Below, in pieces: positions 9,970-20,481 of a stretch of 32,000 nucleotides of DNA. Under the pieces are notes generated by a model. That model was not told the DNA's origin, did no database searches, and was given only the letters and a program-made list of their open reading frames with translations. The translations under genes were made by a program, and so were the position numbers. The stretch lies in assembly GCF_000091665.1 (NCBI RefSeq), contig NC_000909.1, positions 563,581 through 595,580 on the forward strand. The letters run 5' to 3'. Source of the DNA: Methanocaldococcus jannaschii DSM 2661 (lineage in GTDB: Archaea; AGJL01; Methanococci; Methanococcales; Methanocaldococcaceae). Every line of letters starts with the position of its first letter. Within the stretch, counting starts at the first letter, position 1.

Positions 9970-10560
9970 ATGAATATCTTAAAAAATTTTTCAGTTCCCA
10001 ATTTATGTGATGCTGGAGCTAAGCCTTTAAATGGCATTAAACCAATTTTAGAGAATCAAAAGCTTGTTTTTGGTGAGGCTATAACTGTAAAGATAAGCTA
10101 TAACGATTGGGGAACTTTAATTAAGACAATAAGCTTTGCCAAAAATAAATTTATCGTTGCTGAGGTTGTTGGCGAAGGAAAATATGAGACAGCAGTATGG
10201 GGAGGCTTAGCCTCTCTAAATGCCAAAATTAAGGGAGTTAGAGGAGTTGTTATAGATGGATGTGTTAGGGATGTTGAAGATATAAAAGCTTTAAAGTTCC
10301 CAGTTTTTGCAAAAAATTTCTGCCCTAATGCAGGGAAACCTTTAAATCTTGGAGAGATAAATGTAGCAGTGAATTGTTGTGGTGTGATAGTTGAACCAGG
10401 AGATATTATTGTGGGAGACTGCAATGGAGTGGTAGTTATAAAAAAAGAATCTCTTCCAGAGATTATTGAAAATGCTAAAAATATAAAAGAGAAAGAAAGA
10501 AAAATTAGGGAAAGAATTCTAAGAGGGCAGGATTTAAGAGATGTTTTAAATTTAGAATAA
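9970..10560 (+). CDS. RraA-like / 4-hydroxy-4-methyl-2-oxoglutarate aldolase-like protein
   Basis: GGLASLNAKIKGVRGVVIDGCVRDVEDI and GDCNGVVVI motifs. ATG 9970 preceded by gggaggg; the track start is GTG 9934. Confidence 0.8.
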   Translation: MNILKNFSVPNLCDAGAKPLNGIKPILENQKLVFGEAITVKISYNDWGTLIKTISFAKNKFIVAEVVGEGKYETAVWGGLASLNAKIKGVRGVVIDGCVRDVEDIKALKFPVFAKNFCPNAGKPLNLGEINVAVNCCGVIVEPGDIIVGDCNGVVVIKKESLPEIIENAKNIKEKERKIRERILRGQDLRDVLNLE

Positions 10561-10592
10561 ATTAGAATAAATAAAAATTAGGGTGATAAGTG

Positions 10593-11165
10593 TTGAGAAT
10601 TCCACGTAGTCTGAAATCTATTATAAACACAATAAATGGAGAATCTGGGACGAGATACATAGTTAGAGGTCTCATCGATGGTTCTTTATCAGCTCTTGGA
10701 GTTGTTATTGGAGCGAGTGGCTCAGCAGATGCATCAGTAATTATAGCTGCTGGGCTTGGAGGAGGGATAGCTAACGGTTTATCTAATATTCTTGGAGCTT
10801 TCACTGCAGAGAAAGCATCATTGGAGAGGGAGAGGATACAAAAAGAAAAGAGCTTGTTAAAGAAGAACGGTTATTTAAAGAAGTCAATAATTTACAAAAA
10901 GGCTATTAGAGAGACGATGATTTGTGGGCTTATTGATGGAATATCAACAACTATTGGTTCAGCTCTTCCAGTAGTGCCTTTCTTTTTATTTGATATAAAA
11001 ACAGCTTTATATGTTGCCATAGGTATAACTATAGCGATATTATTCATATTGGGAGTGTTTATAGGAAAGATTTCTAAGGAAAATGTAATAATTTCAGGAA
11101 TAAAGATGGTTGCTGGAGCTTTAGCTGTGGCAATTTTATGCTTTATGATAGAGAAAGCATTCTAA
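10593..11165 (+). CDS. VIT1/CCC1-family (DUF125) membrane protein, putative Fe/Mn transporter
   Basis: GLIDGSLSALGVVIGASGS and CGLIDGISTTIGSALPVVPF with several TM helices. TTG 10593 is 5 nt from gggtgat; GTG 10590 is the alternative. Confidence 0.75.
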   Translation: MRIPRSLKSIINTINGESGTRYIVRGLIDGSLSALGVVIGASGSADASVIIAAGLGGGIANGLSNILGAFTAEKASLERERIQKEKSLLKKNGYLKKSIIYKKAIRETMICGLIDGISTTIGSALPVVPFFLFDIKTALYVAIGITIAILFILGVFIGKISKENVIISGIKMVAGALAVAILCFMIEKAF

Positions 11166-11175
11166 TTGTGAGATT

Positions 11176-11670
11176 ATGAAAGCAAGGGAATTATTTGAAA
11201 AATTAAAAAAAGAGCTTAATAATTTTAGCATATACGATATAATGATGATTAGAAGTTTTATTGAAAAAGATGCTAAATATCTCCCTCCACAATACAAAAA
11301 CCATTATGTTGAGGCGATGATGAAGTATTTAATTGAAACATTTAACGAGATTAGAAAAAAAAGCGTTGATGAGATTCAAGATGAAGAAATTGATGAAGAA
11401 AAATTAAATGAGATGCTCAATAGAATTGAAAGGTTTAGGAAATATTATACACCAGATGAAGAGAGATTTATAAACCTTTCAAAAATTCTCTGCCCATACT
11501 TGGCATTTATTGCTAAAAAGCCATTGCATCCAGAATATTTAACATTTCCTGGAAATGTAAAAATCATTAAAAAAGGCAATAACTATTATTGCCCAGTAAA
11601 AAATAAACAGCTTAATGAATATTCCTTGTGCGAGTTTTGTGTTTGTAAGAGTATAGATGAATTAAAATAA
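11176..11670 (+). CDS. DUF2115 / UPF0305 family protein of unknown function
   Basis: Size and Cys-containing C-terminus (CPYLAF...YYCPVKNKQL...CEFCVCK) match the methanogen family as I remember it. Confidence 0.65.
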   Translation: MKARELFEKLKKELNNFSIYDIMMIRSFIEKDAKYLPPQYKNHYVEAMMKYLIETFNEIRKKSVDEIQDEEIDEEKLNEMLNRIERFRKYYTPDEERFINLSKILCPYLAFIAKKPLHPEYLTFPGNVKIIKKGNNYYCPVKNKQLNEYSLCEFCVCKSIDELK

Positions 11671-11711
11671 ATAATAAAAAATAAAAAAATAATATAATAT
11701 AATTAAGTTAA

Positions 11712-11876
11712 TTAAGCTTCTTTTTCGTTAATTTTACTTTTTAAGTAATTTATTGCCTCTTCCTTAGTAACCTCTATCCAGATGCCAGACATCTCAATAT
11801 ATACTCTCCTCCCCTCTGGAAGAGATTTCAAGAAGTCAATTACTTCTTGAAACTCATTATTCAGCTTTTTCTTCAT
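11712..11876 (-). CDS. Small hypothetical protein (about 54 aa) overlapping the prefoldin gene end
   Basis: ATG 11876 gives MKKKLNNEFQEVIDFLKSLPEGRRVYIEMSGIWIEVTKEEAINYLKSKINEKEA; gagg lies just upstream. Confidence 0.6.
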   Translation of the reverse strand: MKKKLNNEFQEVIDFLKSLPEGRRVYIEMSGIWIEVTKEEAINYLKSKINEKEA

Positions 11877-12300
11877 TTTCTTCCTCTTCTGCTTTTTCTT
11901 CTTCAGATGTTTGTTGAGCTTCTGCAATTAAATCCTCTATTTTTGCATACAATTCGGCAATTGCTTGCTCTAAGACTAATCTGAATGTCAATAGCTTTTT
12001 AATTTCATCTTCAATGTATTTCAATGCCTCCTCATACTCTAACTCAGCTGAAATATTCTGTCCAACTGAAACAACAACCTTATCCATCTTTTCAACTTTC
12101 ATCTCTACTTGAGCAATACTTCCAACAGGAACTAAGACAGTTTTCCCCTCTCCCAATGTTTTTAAGCTCTTTAATGTTGCTAATGACTGTCTCAATGTTG
12201 CTATTGTTGCGTCTAATCTTCCAATTTCAGCTCTCAAACCTTCAATTTGAGCTATGTATGCTCTAACTGCTTCATTTATGTCTATGACTTCATTTACCAT
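11857..12300 (-). CDS. pfdA2: Prefoldin alpha-type subunit (alpha-2/gamma prefoldin)
   Basis: Coiled coil - beta hairpin (TVLVPVGSIAQVEMKVEKMDKVVVSVGQNISAEL) - coiled coil, acidic tail. I recall this as the filament-forming gamma prefoldin of M. jannaschii. Confidence 0.85.
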   Translation of the reverse strand: MVNEVIDINEAVRAYIAQIEGLRAEIGRLDATIATLRQSLATLKSLKTLGEGKTVLVPVGSIAQVEMKVEKMDKVVVSVGQNISAELEYEEALKYIEDEIKKLLTFRLVLEQAIAELYAKIEDLIAEAQQTSEEEKAEEEENEEKAE

Positions 12301-12517
12301 ACTATCCCCTCTTTTATTATTTAATAATCTTATTCTATTTTTAAGTTATTTTTAGTAATATATTAGAAATTTATTTCACAATTATTGTATTAGTTAGAAG
12401 TTCTATAAAAACTTTTTGGTTAAGTTCATTTTTGTGTCAAAATCATGATCATCAAAAAGGATAAAAAATAATTTGGTTAATAGAAAACCAAATAACCCCA
12501 ATAAAAATGGTGAGGAA

Positions 12518-13864
12518 ATGAGAGCAATAATAATAGGAAGTGGAGCTGCTGGTTTAACAACAGCATCAACAATCAGAAAATACAACAAAGATATGGAAAT
12601 AGTAGTAATAACAAAAGAAAAGGAAATAGCTTATTCTCCATGTGCAATTCCCTATGTTATTGAGGGAGCAATAAAGAGCTTTGATGACATTATTATGCAC
12701 ACTCCAGAAGATTACAAAAGAGAGAGAAACATCGATATATTAACTGAAACTACCGTTATAGATGTTGATTCAAAAAATAACAAAATAAAGTGTGTAGATA
12801 AAGATGGAAATGAGTTTGAGATGAATTATGATTACTTAGTTTTAGCAACTGGAGCAGAGCCATTTATCCCTCCAATTGAAGGAAAAGACTTAGATGGAGT
12901 ATTTAAAGTTAGAACTATTGAGGATGGTAGGGCTATATTAAAATACATTGAAGAAAATGGCTGTAAAAAAGTTGCTGTTGTTGGAGCTGGAGCTATTGGC
13001 TTGGAGATGGCTTATGGTTTAAAATGTAGAGGTTTAGATGTCTTAGTTGTTGAGATGGCTCCTCAAGTGTTACCAAGATTCTTAGACCCAGATATGGCTG
13101 AGATAGTTCAAAAATATTTAGAAAAAGAAGGAATTAAGGTTATGCTATCAAAACCATTGGAAAAGATTGTTGGAAAAGAGAAGGTTGAAGCAGTTTATGT
13201 TGATGGTAAGTTGTATGATGTTGATATGGTTATTATGGCTACTGGTGTAAGGCCAAATATTGAGTTGGCTAAAAAAGCTGGCTGTAAAATTGGAAAATTT
13301 GCAATAGAAGTAAATGAGAAGATGCAAACCTCTATACCAAACATCTATGCAGTTGGAGATTGTGTTGAAGTTATTGACTTTATAACTGGAGAGAAAACAC
13401 TATCTCCATTTGGAACTGCTGCTGTAAGGCAAGGAAAAGTTGCTGGTAAAAATATAGCTGGAGTTGAAGCAAAGTTCTATCCAGTTTTAAACTCTGCTGT
13501 TAGCAAAATAGGAGATTTAGAGATTGGAGGAACAGGTTTAACAGCATTCTCTGCCAATTTAAAGAGAATTCCAATAGTTATTGGTAGAGCTAAGGCGTTA
13601 ACAAGAGCAAGATACTATCCAGGAGGAAAAGAGATTGAGATAAAGATGATATTTAATGAAGATGGCAAAGTAGTTGGATGTCAAATCGTTGGTGGAGAGA
13701 GAGTTGCTGAAAGAATAGATGCAATGTCTATAGCAATATTTAAAAAAGTTAGTGCAGAGGAACTTGCAAATATGGAGTTCTGCTATGCTCCACCAGTTTC
13801 TATGGTGCATGAGCCATTATCATTAGCTGCTGAAGATGCTTTGAAAAAGTTGAGTAATAAATAA
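12518..13864 (+). CDS. NADH oxidase / CoA-disulfide-reductase-like flavoprotein
   Basis: IIGSGAAGLTTASTIRK, single active-site Cys in AYSPCAIPYVIEG, AVVGAGAIGLEMA, YAVGDCVEV. ATG 12518 preceded by ggtgagg. Confidence 0.88.
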   Translation: MRAIIIGSGAAGLTTASTIRKYNKDMEIVVITKEKEIAYSPCAIPYVIEGAIKSFDDIIMHTPEDYKRERNIDILTETTVIDVDSKNNKIKCVDKDGNEFEMNYDYLVLATGAEPFIPPIEGKDLDGVFKVRTIEDGRAILKYIEENGCKKVAVVGAGAIGLEMAYGLKCRGLDVLVVEMAPQVLPRFLDPDMAEIVQKYLEKEGIKVMLSKPLEKIVGKEKVEAVYVDGKLYDVDMVIMATGVRPNIELAKKAGCKIGKFAIEVNEKMQTSIPNIYAVGDCVEVIDFITGEKTLSPFGTAAVRQGKVAGKNIAGVEAKFYPVLNSAVSKIGDLEIGGTGLTAFSANLKRIPIVIGRAKALTRARYYPGGKEIEIKMIFNEDGKVVGCQIVGGERVAERIDAMSIAIFKKVSAEELANMEFCYAPPVSMVHEPLSLAAEDALKKLSNK

Positions 13865-13876
13865 TTGGTGAATTTT

Positions 13877-15943
13877 ATGAAAAGAATCTTAATTTTCTTT
13901 ATATTATTTTTATTATTTTGTGGTAGTTTAAAAGCACATTTGATATTTTATGATAAGGATGTTTCTCAATTGAAGTCATTGGGATTTATTGGAGATTACA
14001 ATGGCAAATACTGGCTAATATCTGATAAGTGTAAGCTAATTAAGTATAACGAAATTCCCATTTTAATTGTGCCGTCTAAGCCATTAAATAATATTGAAAT
14101 AATCAAATGGGACAAATATAGGGAGTCATGGCTAATTATAACAAATAATGAGAGTATATCGAACGTTAGCAGTGATATATATCTTTTAGAGGGCAAAAAA
14201 CTTATTCATTTTGGGAGATTTAATTTTTTAATTGAAGATATAGATGATAATGGAGATTATTTTTTAGTTTCTGCTTTCTGTCCAGATAAAAAATCCAAGA
14301 TTTTTATAATCTATAATAACAAATCAATTGAAGATATAAACAAATATTTAAATATAAAAATTGATGATTTTTCTTTTCCTAAAATAAAATATATTCCAAA
14401 CGGAAATTTTTGGTTGATTGTAACTACTACTCTAGAAGGACAAAACTGTTTAATAAAATTTAATGGGACTTATGGAGAAGACATATCCCCAAAACTCAAT
14501 ATTCCAAAACCTCCAAATAAAATGGGTTGTTATAATATAATAGAAGATGTTGATTTTAATGGAACATCATACCTAATAGTTGGAAAATTCTCAAAATACA
14601 AAGATAGGTGTAATTATATTTTGTCATATGAAAATAATCGTTCAAAGATTTATAAATATAACTTTGATGGGCATTTTAAAAGAGTGAGTTGGATAAATAA
14701 CAGTTGGATAGTTGAGATTGTGAATTTCTCAAGAGATAATAGCTATAGCTATGAATACTATGCCCTCAAAAATGGAAAATTAAAAAGGATTAAAGTTGGA
14801 GAGTCAGCAAATTTTACACCAATTGTTTGGTATTTAGGCACTTATATAACCGATATTGCAAAAATTAATGATAATCAATACTTAATTACCTTAAAATCTA
14901 TAGAAGACTTTCCAAAATATCCAAATATTGGTGCTTTAATAAAACTAACAATAAACAACTCAAAGATAGATAAAAAGATAATATACAAAGGCAAGGGCTT
15001 GACATCTATAGGATATAATGGAAAATATTGTTTAATTGGTGGGAAAGGTGTTTTATTACTTTATAATGGAAAGAATATAACTGATTTGACGAAGAGAGCT
15101 AATATTTCAAATTCAGATTTGATTTCCTCTATTGCCTATGGGAAAGATTGTTGGTTAATTGGATTAGATGAAGTAAATCTTCACTATCCGTCAAAATCGT
15201 TAATAAAATTTGATGGAAAGAAGTTCTATGATTTGACAAACATTTCAAACATCACAATATGTAAAATTTTAAAATCCAATAAAGAGTATATCCTAATTGG
15301 CACTAAAAATGTCTTAATCAAATATAATGGTTCTTTCATTACTATAATTAATTATACGAATTATGAAAAATATGGGCTATGCTATATTTTTGAAGCAATG
15401 GATTACAATCCAAAAGAGAGATATTGGTTAGTTGGTGGAGTGTGTTTATATAATCACCCGTATTCATCAGATGCTATCTTATATAAGGTTTATGATAATG
15501 GAAGTTATGAATCTCTGCCAATAAACGACAACCTTCATAAGATTTATGGAGATTTTGGTTTTGCATTAGTTTCTTTAATTAAATATATTCCTAAAAATAA
15601 CAGCTTTTTAATTAAAGTATGGGTTGGACTCAATGATCACTGGCTTATCTATAAAAATAATACACTAACGGAATTTGTAACTCAAAAAAATCCTGGTTCA
15701 ATAGAAATTGATAACTATACATTATACATATTTAACTACTATAATACAATAGAAATTTATGACAACAACAAACTGTTATCAACTGTTGAATTAATTGATA
15801 TTCCAAAAGAGACCGTTTGTGTTGAAGAATACCACTATAAAGAGAAATCCTCGTATAATAATTACTTATATATTCTCATATTTATTATACTAACAATTAT
15901 AGCCATTTATATAGTGGTAAAAATTAATAAGAAATTAACTTAA
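13877..15943 (+). CDS. Large surface/exported protein, probable beta-propeller, with C-terminal TM anchor
   Basis: N-terminal signal-like [20 protein letters not shown], repeated short blades such as [37 protein letters not shown]-terminal [26 protein letters not shown] 13877 preceded by ggtga. Confidence 0.7.
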
Positions 15944-16870
15944 TAACTCAACTCTTCCATTAATCTTTTCCATTCCATATAAAACTTCTCCAATTCCTTT
16001 TCCAATTCCATAACCTAAATAGTATGTTAATCCAAACAATCCTTTATTCTCTTCTAAGCCATATTCAACAATCTCAGGATTTGAGACATTAGCTAACTGT
16101 TCTAATTTTTTCAAAGCATCTTCTTCAGTTCCCACTTCATCAACTAATCCAACTTTTTTAGCATCCTCCCCACTATATATCTTTCCATCTGCTATTTTTA
16201 AAGTGTAGTTTATTGACAAATGCCTATGCTCTGCTACCCATTTAACAAAATCCATGTATGTTTCATTTATCATTTTTTGTAGGTATTCCTTTTCTTCTTT
16301 AGTCATTGGTCTAAATGGAGAACCAATATCCTTATACTTTCCAGCTTTTATTGTAGTTACATTTATACCAAGCTTTTTCATCAATCCATAATAGTGCATT
16401 AAATCCATCCTAACCCCAATACTTCCTACTATTGAGTGCTTTTCAGCCACTATATAATCTGCAGGGGCTGAAACCATATAAGCACCAGAAGCATCTAAGC
16501 CCTCAACATAAACAACTACTGGCTTTTTCTTTGCAAGTTCTTCAACCTTTCTTGCTAATTTCTCACTTGCTATAACCTCTCCTCCGGGAGAATTAACAAC
16601 CAATAAAACCCCTTTAACTGAATCGTCCTTCTCTAAATCATCTAATAAATTTATATAATATCTTGCATCTTTTTTTTGTTGTGGAAAGATTCCATCTCCT
16701 TGATTATAATCAAAATAGATTTCATTGCATAAATAAACCTTGGCTATTTTTTCCCCACCAAACAAATCGACATTTTCTCCTGATAAGCTCATAACTAATA
16801 ATATACTTGCCCCTATTAAACTAATTAAAATCACAAAAAGAATTAGAAGAATGATATAAATTTTTTTCAT
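15935..16870 (-). CDS. sppA: Signal peptide peptidase SppA (S49 family)
   Basis: [48 protein letters not shown] 16870 preceded by gagggag. Confidence 0.92.
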
Positions 16871-16886
16871 TATCTCCCTCAATTAT

Positions 16887-17279
16887 TTATTCTTTAACTG
16901 CCTTCTTCTTAAACTTCTCAAATAATTCAATAATCTTTTCATCCTTTTTAACCTTTTTCTTTGGTTTTTTAGCTAAATATTTCTTCCAACCTTCTCTTGG
17001 TCTAAATAAGGTTATAACATGTCCTACTACACTAACAACCTCTGCATCACATGCCTTAGCAAGCTTTTCAGCAATTTCATATTTATCTTCATACAATAAA
17101 GCAGCTTTTCTTACTTTAACCTTTATTAAACCTCTCTCTTTTAACTGTCTATCTACTTCTTTAATAACCTTTTCACTTCCCTCTTTTCCAACCCATACAA
17201 CAGGTTCTAAATGATGAGCTTTAGCTCTAAGCATTCTCTTCATTTTTCCAGTAAGTTTTCTTTTTTGTTCTTCTGTCAT
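16887..17279 (-). CDS. YhbY/CRM-domain RNA-binding protein
   Basis: KRMLRAKAHHLEPVVWVGKEG...LIKVKV...VVGHVITLFRP (GKxG and GxxxxLYR-like CRM features). Confidence 0.85.
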   Translation of the reverse strand: MTEEQKRKLTGKMKRMLRAKAHHLEPVVWVGKEGSEKVIKEVDRQLKERGLIKVKVRKAALLYEDKYEIAEKLAKACDAEVVSVVGHVITLFRPREGWKKYLAKKPKKKVKKDEKIIELFEKFKKKAVKE

Positions 17280-17406
17280 AAATATCACCAAAAATAGTTT
17301 TTAATTTTATTACTGTAAATTTATTATATATTATTAAGATTAAAAATAGTTAATGTAAGGTATGATTTTAAAGGTATATATATCTAATGTTATCCTGAGA
17401 CGAAAC

Positions 17407-17755
17407 TGTCAAGTTAAGTTTTTTATTAAATATTGATAAAAAATAATAAACTATGAGGCTCATGATAGAAGTTATAAAGAAGAAAATCGTAGAGAGGAAG
17501 CTTTTTAAAAGGAATAGGAATCGATAGAGGTTAAAATCTTAGCAGGGCTTTTATACTACCTCGGATTATCATTGAGAAAAGTGGTTTATCCCCCTCCAAA
17601 TTCGAAGATATAAGTCACGAATCGATTAGAATTTATTATCACAAGATTAAAGAGGTTTTAAATAGATTTCCAAGTAATAGTAAATTCGATACGGTTGTTA
17701 GTTGGATAAAAAGCTTCATAATGTTCTACAATTGGATGAAGTCGTTAACTTAACA
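17407..17755 (+). mobile_element. Degraded, internally deleted IS element remnant with near-identical terminal inverted repeats
   Basis: TGTCAAGTTAAG (17407-17418) versus the reverse complement of GTTAACTTAACA (17744-17755) = TGTTAAGTTAAC, 10/12 match; encloses transposase remnants. Confidence 0.65.
17462..17753 (+). pseudogene. Transposase pseudogene: N-terminal and C-terminal ends fused, centre missing, frameshifted
   Basis: Three fragments in changing frames: [93 protein letters not shown]. These match the ends of the full-length M. jannaschii IS transposase as remembered. Confidence 0.75.
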
Positions 17756-17839
17756 ACCTCATTGTATAAATAATAAAATATATATAAACCATTATAATGT
17801 TTTATATTTTCTTTATTAGAAAACTTTTAGGGTGGGGTT

Positions 17840-18424
17840 ATGAAAATCGCATGTGACATCCCTGTTTCAGAAGTCATGAGTTTTCCAGTAATTAAAGCCA
17901 CAAAAAATATGTCAATCTACGATATAGCCAATATAATGACAGAAAATAATATAGGAGCTGTTGTTATTGTAGAAAACAATAAACCAATTGGTATTGTAAC
18001 AGAAAGAGATATTGTAAAGAGAGTTGTTTCAAAAAATTTAAAGCCAAAGGATGTATTGGCTGAGGAAGTGATGAGTAAAAAGATTATTACAATCCCTCAA
18101 AATGCTTCAATTACTGAAGCAGCTAAAATTATGGCAACTCATGGGATTAAAAGATTACCAGTTGTGAAAGATGGAGAGTTGGTTGGAATAGTTACACAGA
18201 GCGATATAGTTAGAGTATCTCCAGAGTTGTTGGAAATAGTTATAGAGTATGCATCAATAACACCAGAAGAAAAAGAAGTTATTTCATTAGATACCGATGA
18301 GTTTAGTGAAGAGTATATAAATGGAATTTGTGAAAACTGTGGTTATCAAGGAAGAGTTAGGTTATATCAAGGAAGATACCTATGCGATGAATGCATAGAA
18401 GAATTTGAAGAAAAAGAAGAATAA
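17840..18424 (+). CDS. Two-CBS-domain protein with C-terminal zinc ribbon
   Basis: Tandem CBS repeats (GAVVIVENNKPIGIVTERDIVKR; RLPVVKDGELVGIVTQSDIVR) and CENCGYQGRVRLYQGRYLCDEC. Confidence 0.9.
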   Translation: MKIACDIPVSEVMSFPVIKATKNMSIYDIANIMTENNIGAVVIVENNKPIGIVTERDIVKRVVSKNLKPKDVLAEEVMSKKIITIPQNASITEAAKIMATHGIKRLPVVKDGELVGIVTQSDIVRVSPELLEIVIEYASITPEEKEVISLDTDEFSEEYINGICENCGYQGRVRLYQGRYLCDECIEEFEEKEE

Positions 18425-18492
18425 ATAGTTCTTTACAAAACATTTTGGAATAAAATTTAACAACTTTTTGAAAAGAACTAAATATTAAAAAA

Positions 18493-19401
18493 TTATTCAT
18501 GAGCCATCCCAACAATCTCTTCCAATGTTAAATTTTCCTCTTTTAAAAAGCTTATTATTTCATCACAAACTTTTTTAAATATATCATAACCTCTATAATA
18601 AACTCCACTTCCTATTTGAACAGCTGAAGCTCCAGCCATCATATACTCAATGGCATCCTCTCCACTCATAATTCCTCCAACACCGATAATTGGCACATCA
18701 AAATTCTCATACAAATCCCAAACTACTTTTATTCCAATTGACTTTATTGCTTTCCCACTTAAGCCTCCAAATTTATTAGCTAAAATTGGTTTTTTTGCTC
18801 TAATATCTATAGCCATTCCTCTAACTGTGTTTATAGCTACTAATCCATCAACACCAGCATCTACAACTGCCTGAGCAATCTCAATAATATCTGTAACATT
18901 TGGTGTTAATTTAGCAAAAACTGGAATTTTAACAGCTTTTTTAACTGCCTTGCAAACATCATAGGACAAATCTGGATTTTGCCCTATGGTAGCTCCATAA
19001 CCTTTAGCATGAGGGCAGGAAATGTTTAGCTCAATAATATCTACATACCTCTCCATTTTCTTAGCTACTTCAGCAAATTCTTCCTCATCTTTCCCATAGA
19101 TTGAGCCAATAATTCTAACATCCATCCTATTTAACTCATCTCTAACCTTTTCTATCTCCTCCAAATACTCATCAACTCCAGGATTAGGCAAACCCATGGC
19201 ATTTAAAAATCCTCCATAAACCTCTACAATAGTTGGATTTTTATGTCCAGGATTTGGATTTAATCCAATAGATTTTGTTGTTACAGCTCCAGCTCCTCCT
19301 TTAGCAATTCTTTTTAATGCACTTCCAGTTTCTCCCATTATTCCACTTGCTAAAAAAACAGGATTTTTAAATTCTATTCCACAGATGTTTGTTTTCAACA
19401 T
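18493..19401 (-). CDS. pyrD: Dihydroorotate dehydrogenase (class 1B-like catalytic subunit)
   Basis: IELNISCPHAKGYG, VFAKLTPNVTDI, NTVRGMAID, GVGGIMSGEDAIEYMMAGASAVQIG. Start refined to ATG 19401. Confidence 0.93.
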   Translation of the reverse strand: MLKTNICGIEFKNPVFLASGIMGETGSALKRIAKGGAGAVTTKSIGLNPNPGHKNPTIVEVYGGFLNAMGLPNPGVDEYLEEIEKVRDELNRMDVRIIGSIYGKDEEEFAEVAKKMERYVDIIELNISCPHAKGYGATIGQNPDLSYDVCKAVKKAVKIPVFAKLTPNVTDIIEIAQAVVDAGVDGLVAINTVRGMAIDIRAKKPILANKFGGLSGKAIKSIGIKVVWDLYENFDVPIIGVGGIMSGEDAIEYMMAGASAVQIGSGVYYRGYDIFKKVCDEIISFLKEENLTLEEIVGMAHE

Positions 19402-19582
19402 ACATTCACCCAACCAAAAGTTTTAAATACTAATTCTTATGGTATTATGATATTAAATTTTTAATGGTAAATTAAAAATTAAGAAAACATTATAGAAATA
19501 CACACTATGATTACGATTTTTTGATAATAATAAGAAGCTAATTCTAATACTATCAAAATTCATACTAAAAGGTGAGTTAAAC

Positions 19583-19852
19583 ATGCCAGCACCAAGATAC
19601 AGGTCAAGGTCATACAGAAGAATATACAGAAGAACACCAGGAGGAAGAATAGTTATCCATTATAAGAGAAGAAAGCCAGGCAAACCAAAATGTGCTATAT
19701 GTGGAGCTGAATTACACGGAGTTCCAAGAGGAAGGCCTGTTGAGATAAGAAAATTACCAAAATCACAGAGAAGACCAGAGAGACCTTACGGAGGCTACTT
19801 ATGCCCAAGATGCTTAAAGAGATTGATGATTCAGAAGGCAAGAAACCTCTAA
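19583..19852 (+). CDS. rpl34e: 50S ribosomal protein L34e
   Basis: [16 protein letters not shown]...[12 protein letters not shown]. Confidence 0.96.
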   Translation: MPAPRYRSRSYRRIYRRTPGGRIVIHYKRRKPGKPKCAICGAELHGVPRGRPVEIRKLPKSQRRPERPYGGYLCPRCLKRLMIQKARNL

Positions 19853-19898
19853 ATTAATTAAAATTATTTTAATTAATGCCATCAAAATTACAATGAAA

Positions 19899-19908
19899 AA
19901 ATATTTAT
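19899..19908 (+). promoter_or_regulatory. Probable TATA box for cmk
   Basis: aaatatttat about 30-40 nt upstream of ATG 19941, which has Shine-Dalgarno gggtga. Confidence 0.5.
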
Positions 19909-19940
19909 ACTAATTAAATCCATTTTGGATGGGTGAATAG

Positions 19941-20477
19941 ATGATAATCACCATTGGGGGGCTGCCAGGGACAGGAACTACAACAATTGCAAAGATGATA
20001 GCAGAGAAATATAACTTAAGACACGTATGTGCAGGATTCATATTTAGAGAGATGGCAAAAGAGATGGGAATGGATTTACAGGAATTCAGCAAGTATGCAG
20101 AACAGCATAAAGAGATTGATGAAGAAATAGACAGAAGACAGGTAGAGATAGCAAAGCAGGGAAATGTTGTATTAGAGGGAAGATTAGCCGCATGGATGCT
20201 TTTAAAAAATGGAATTAAGCCAGATTTAACAATCTGGTTTAAAGCCCCCCTTGAAGTCAGAGCTGAAAGAATTAGCAAGAGAGAAAATATAGATAAAGAC
20301 GTTGCTTTAAAAAAGATGATTGAAAGAGAAGCAAGTGAGAAAAAAAGATATAAAGAAATTTATAATATAGATTTAGATGACTTATCTATTTACGATTTAG
20401 TTATTGATACTTCAAAATGGGACGTGGAGGGAGTGTTTAATATTGTCTCCTCTGCTATTGATAACTTAAAAAAATAA
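19941..20477 (+). CDS. cmk: Cytidylate kinase, archaeal type
   Basis: [41 protein letters not shown]. Confidence 0.93.
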   Translation: MIITIGGLPGTGTTTIAKMIAEKYNLRHVCAGFIFREMAKEMGMDLQEFSKYAEQHKEIDEEIDRRQVEIAKQGNVVLEGRLAAWMLLKNGIKPDLTIWFKAPLEVRAERISKRENIDKDVALKKMIEREASEKKRYKEIYNIDLDDLSIYDLVIDTSKWDVEGVFNIVSSAIDNLKK

Positions 20478-20481
20478 AAAC

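Noticed and set aside
10098-10804. Two minus-strand ORFs (10098-10424, 10562-10804)
   Set aside because: Both are shadows of supported plus-strand genes.
12024-12266. Plus-strand ORF of 80 aa opposite the prefoldin gene
   Set aside because: Antisense to a well supported gene, repetitive Leu/Gln composition and no ribosome site.
18427-18480. 9-bp inverted repeat TAGTTCTTT/AAAGAACTA between the CBS gene and pyrD
   Set aside because: 36-nt spacer in AT-rich DNA; not strong enough for a claim.
19456-19480. AATTTTTAAT-ggtaa-ATTAAAAATT hairpin between pyrD and rpl34e
   Set aside because: Purely A/T arms in an AT-rich genome; plausible by chance and without a clear positional role.
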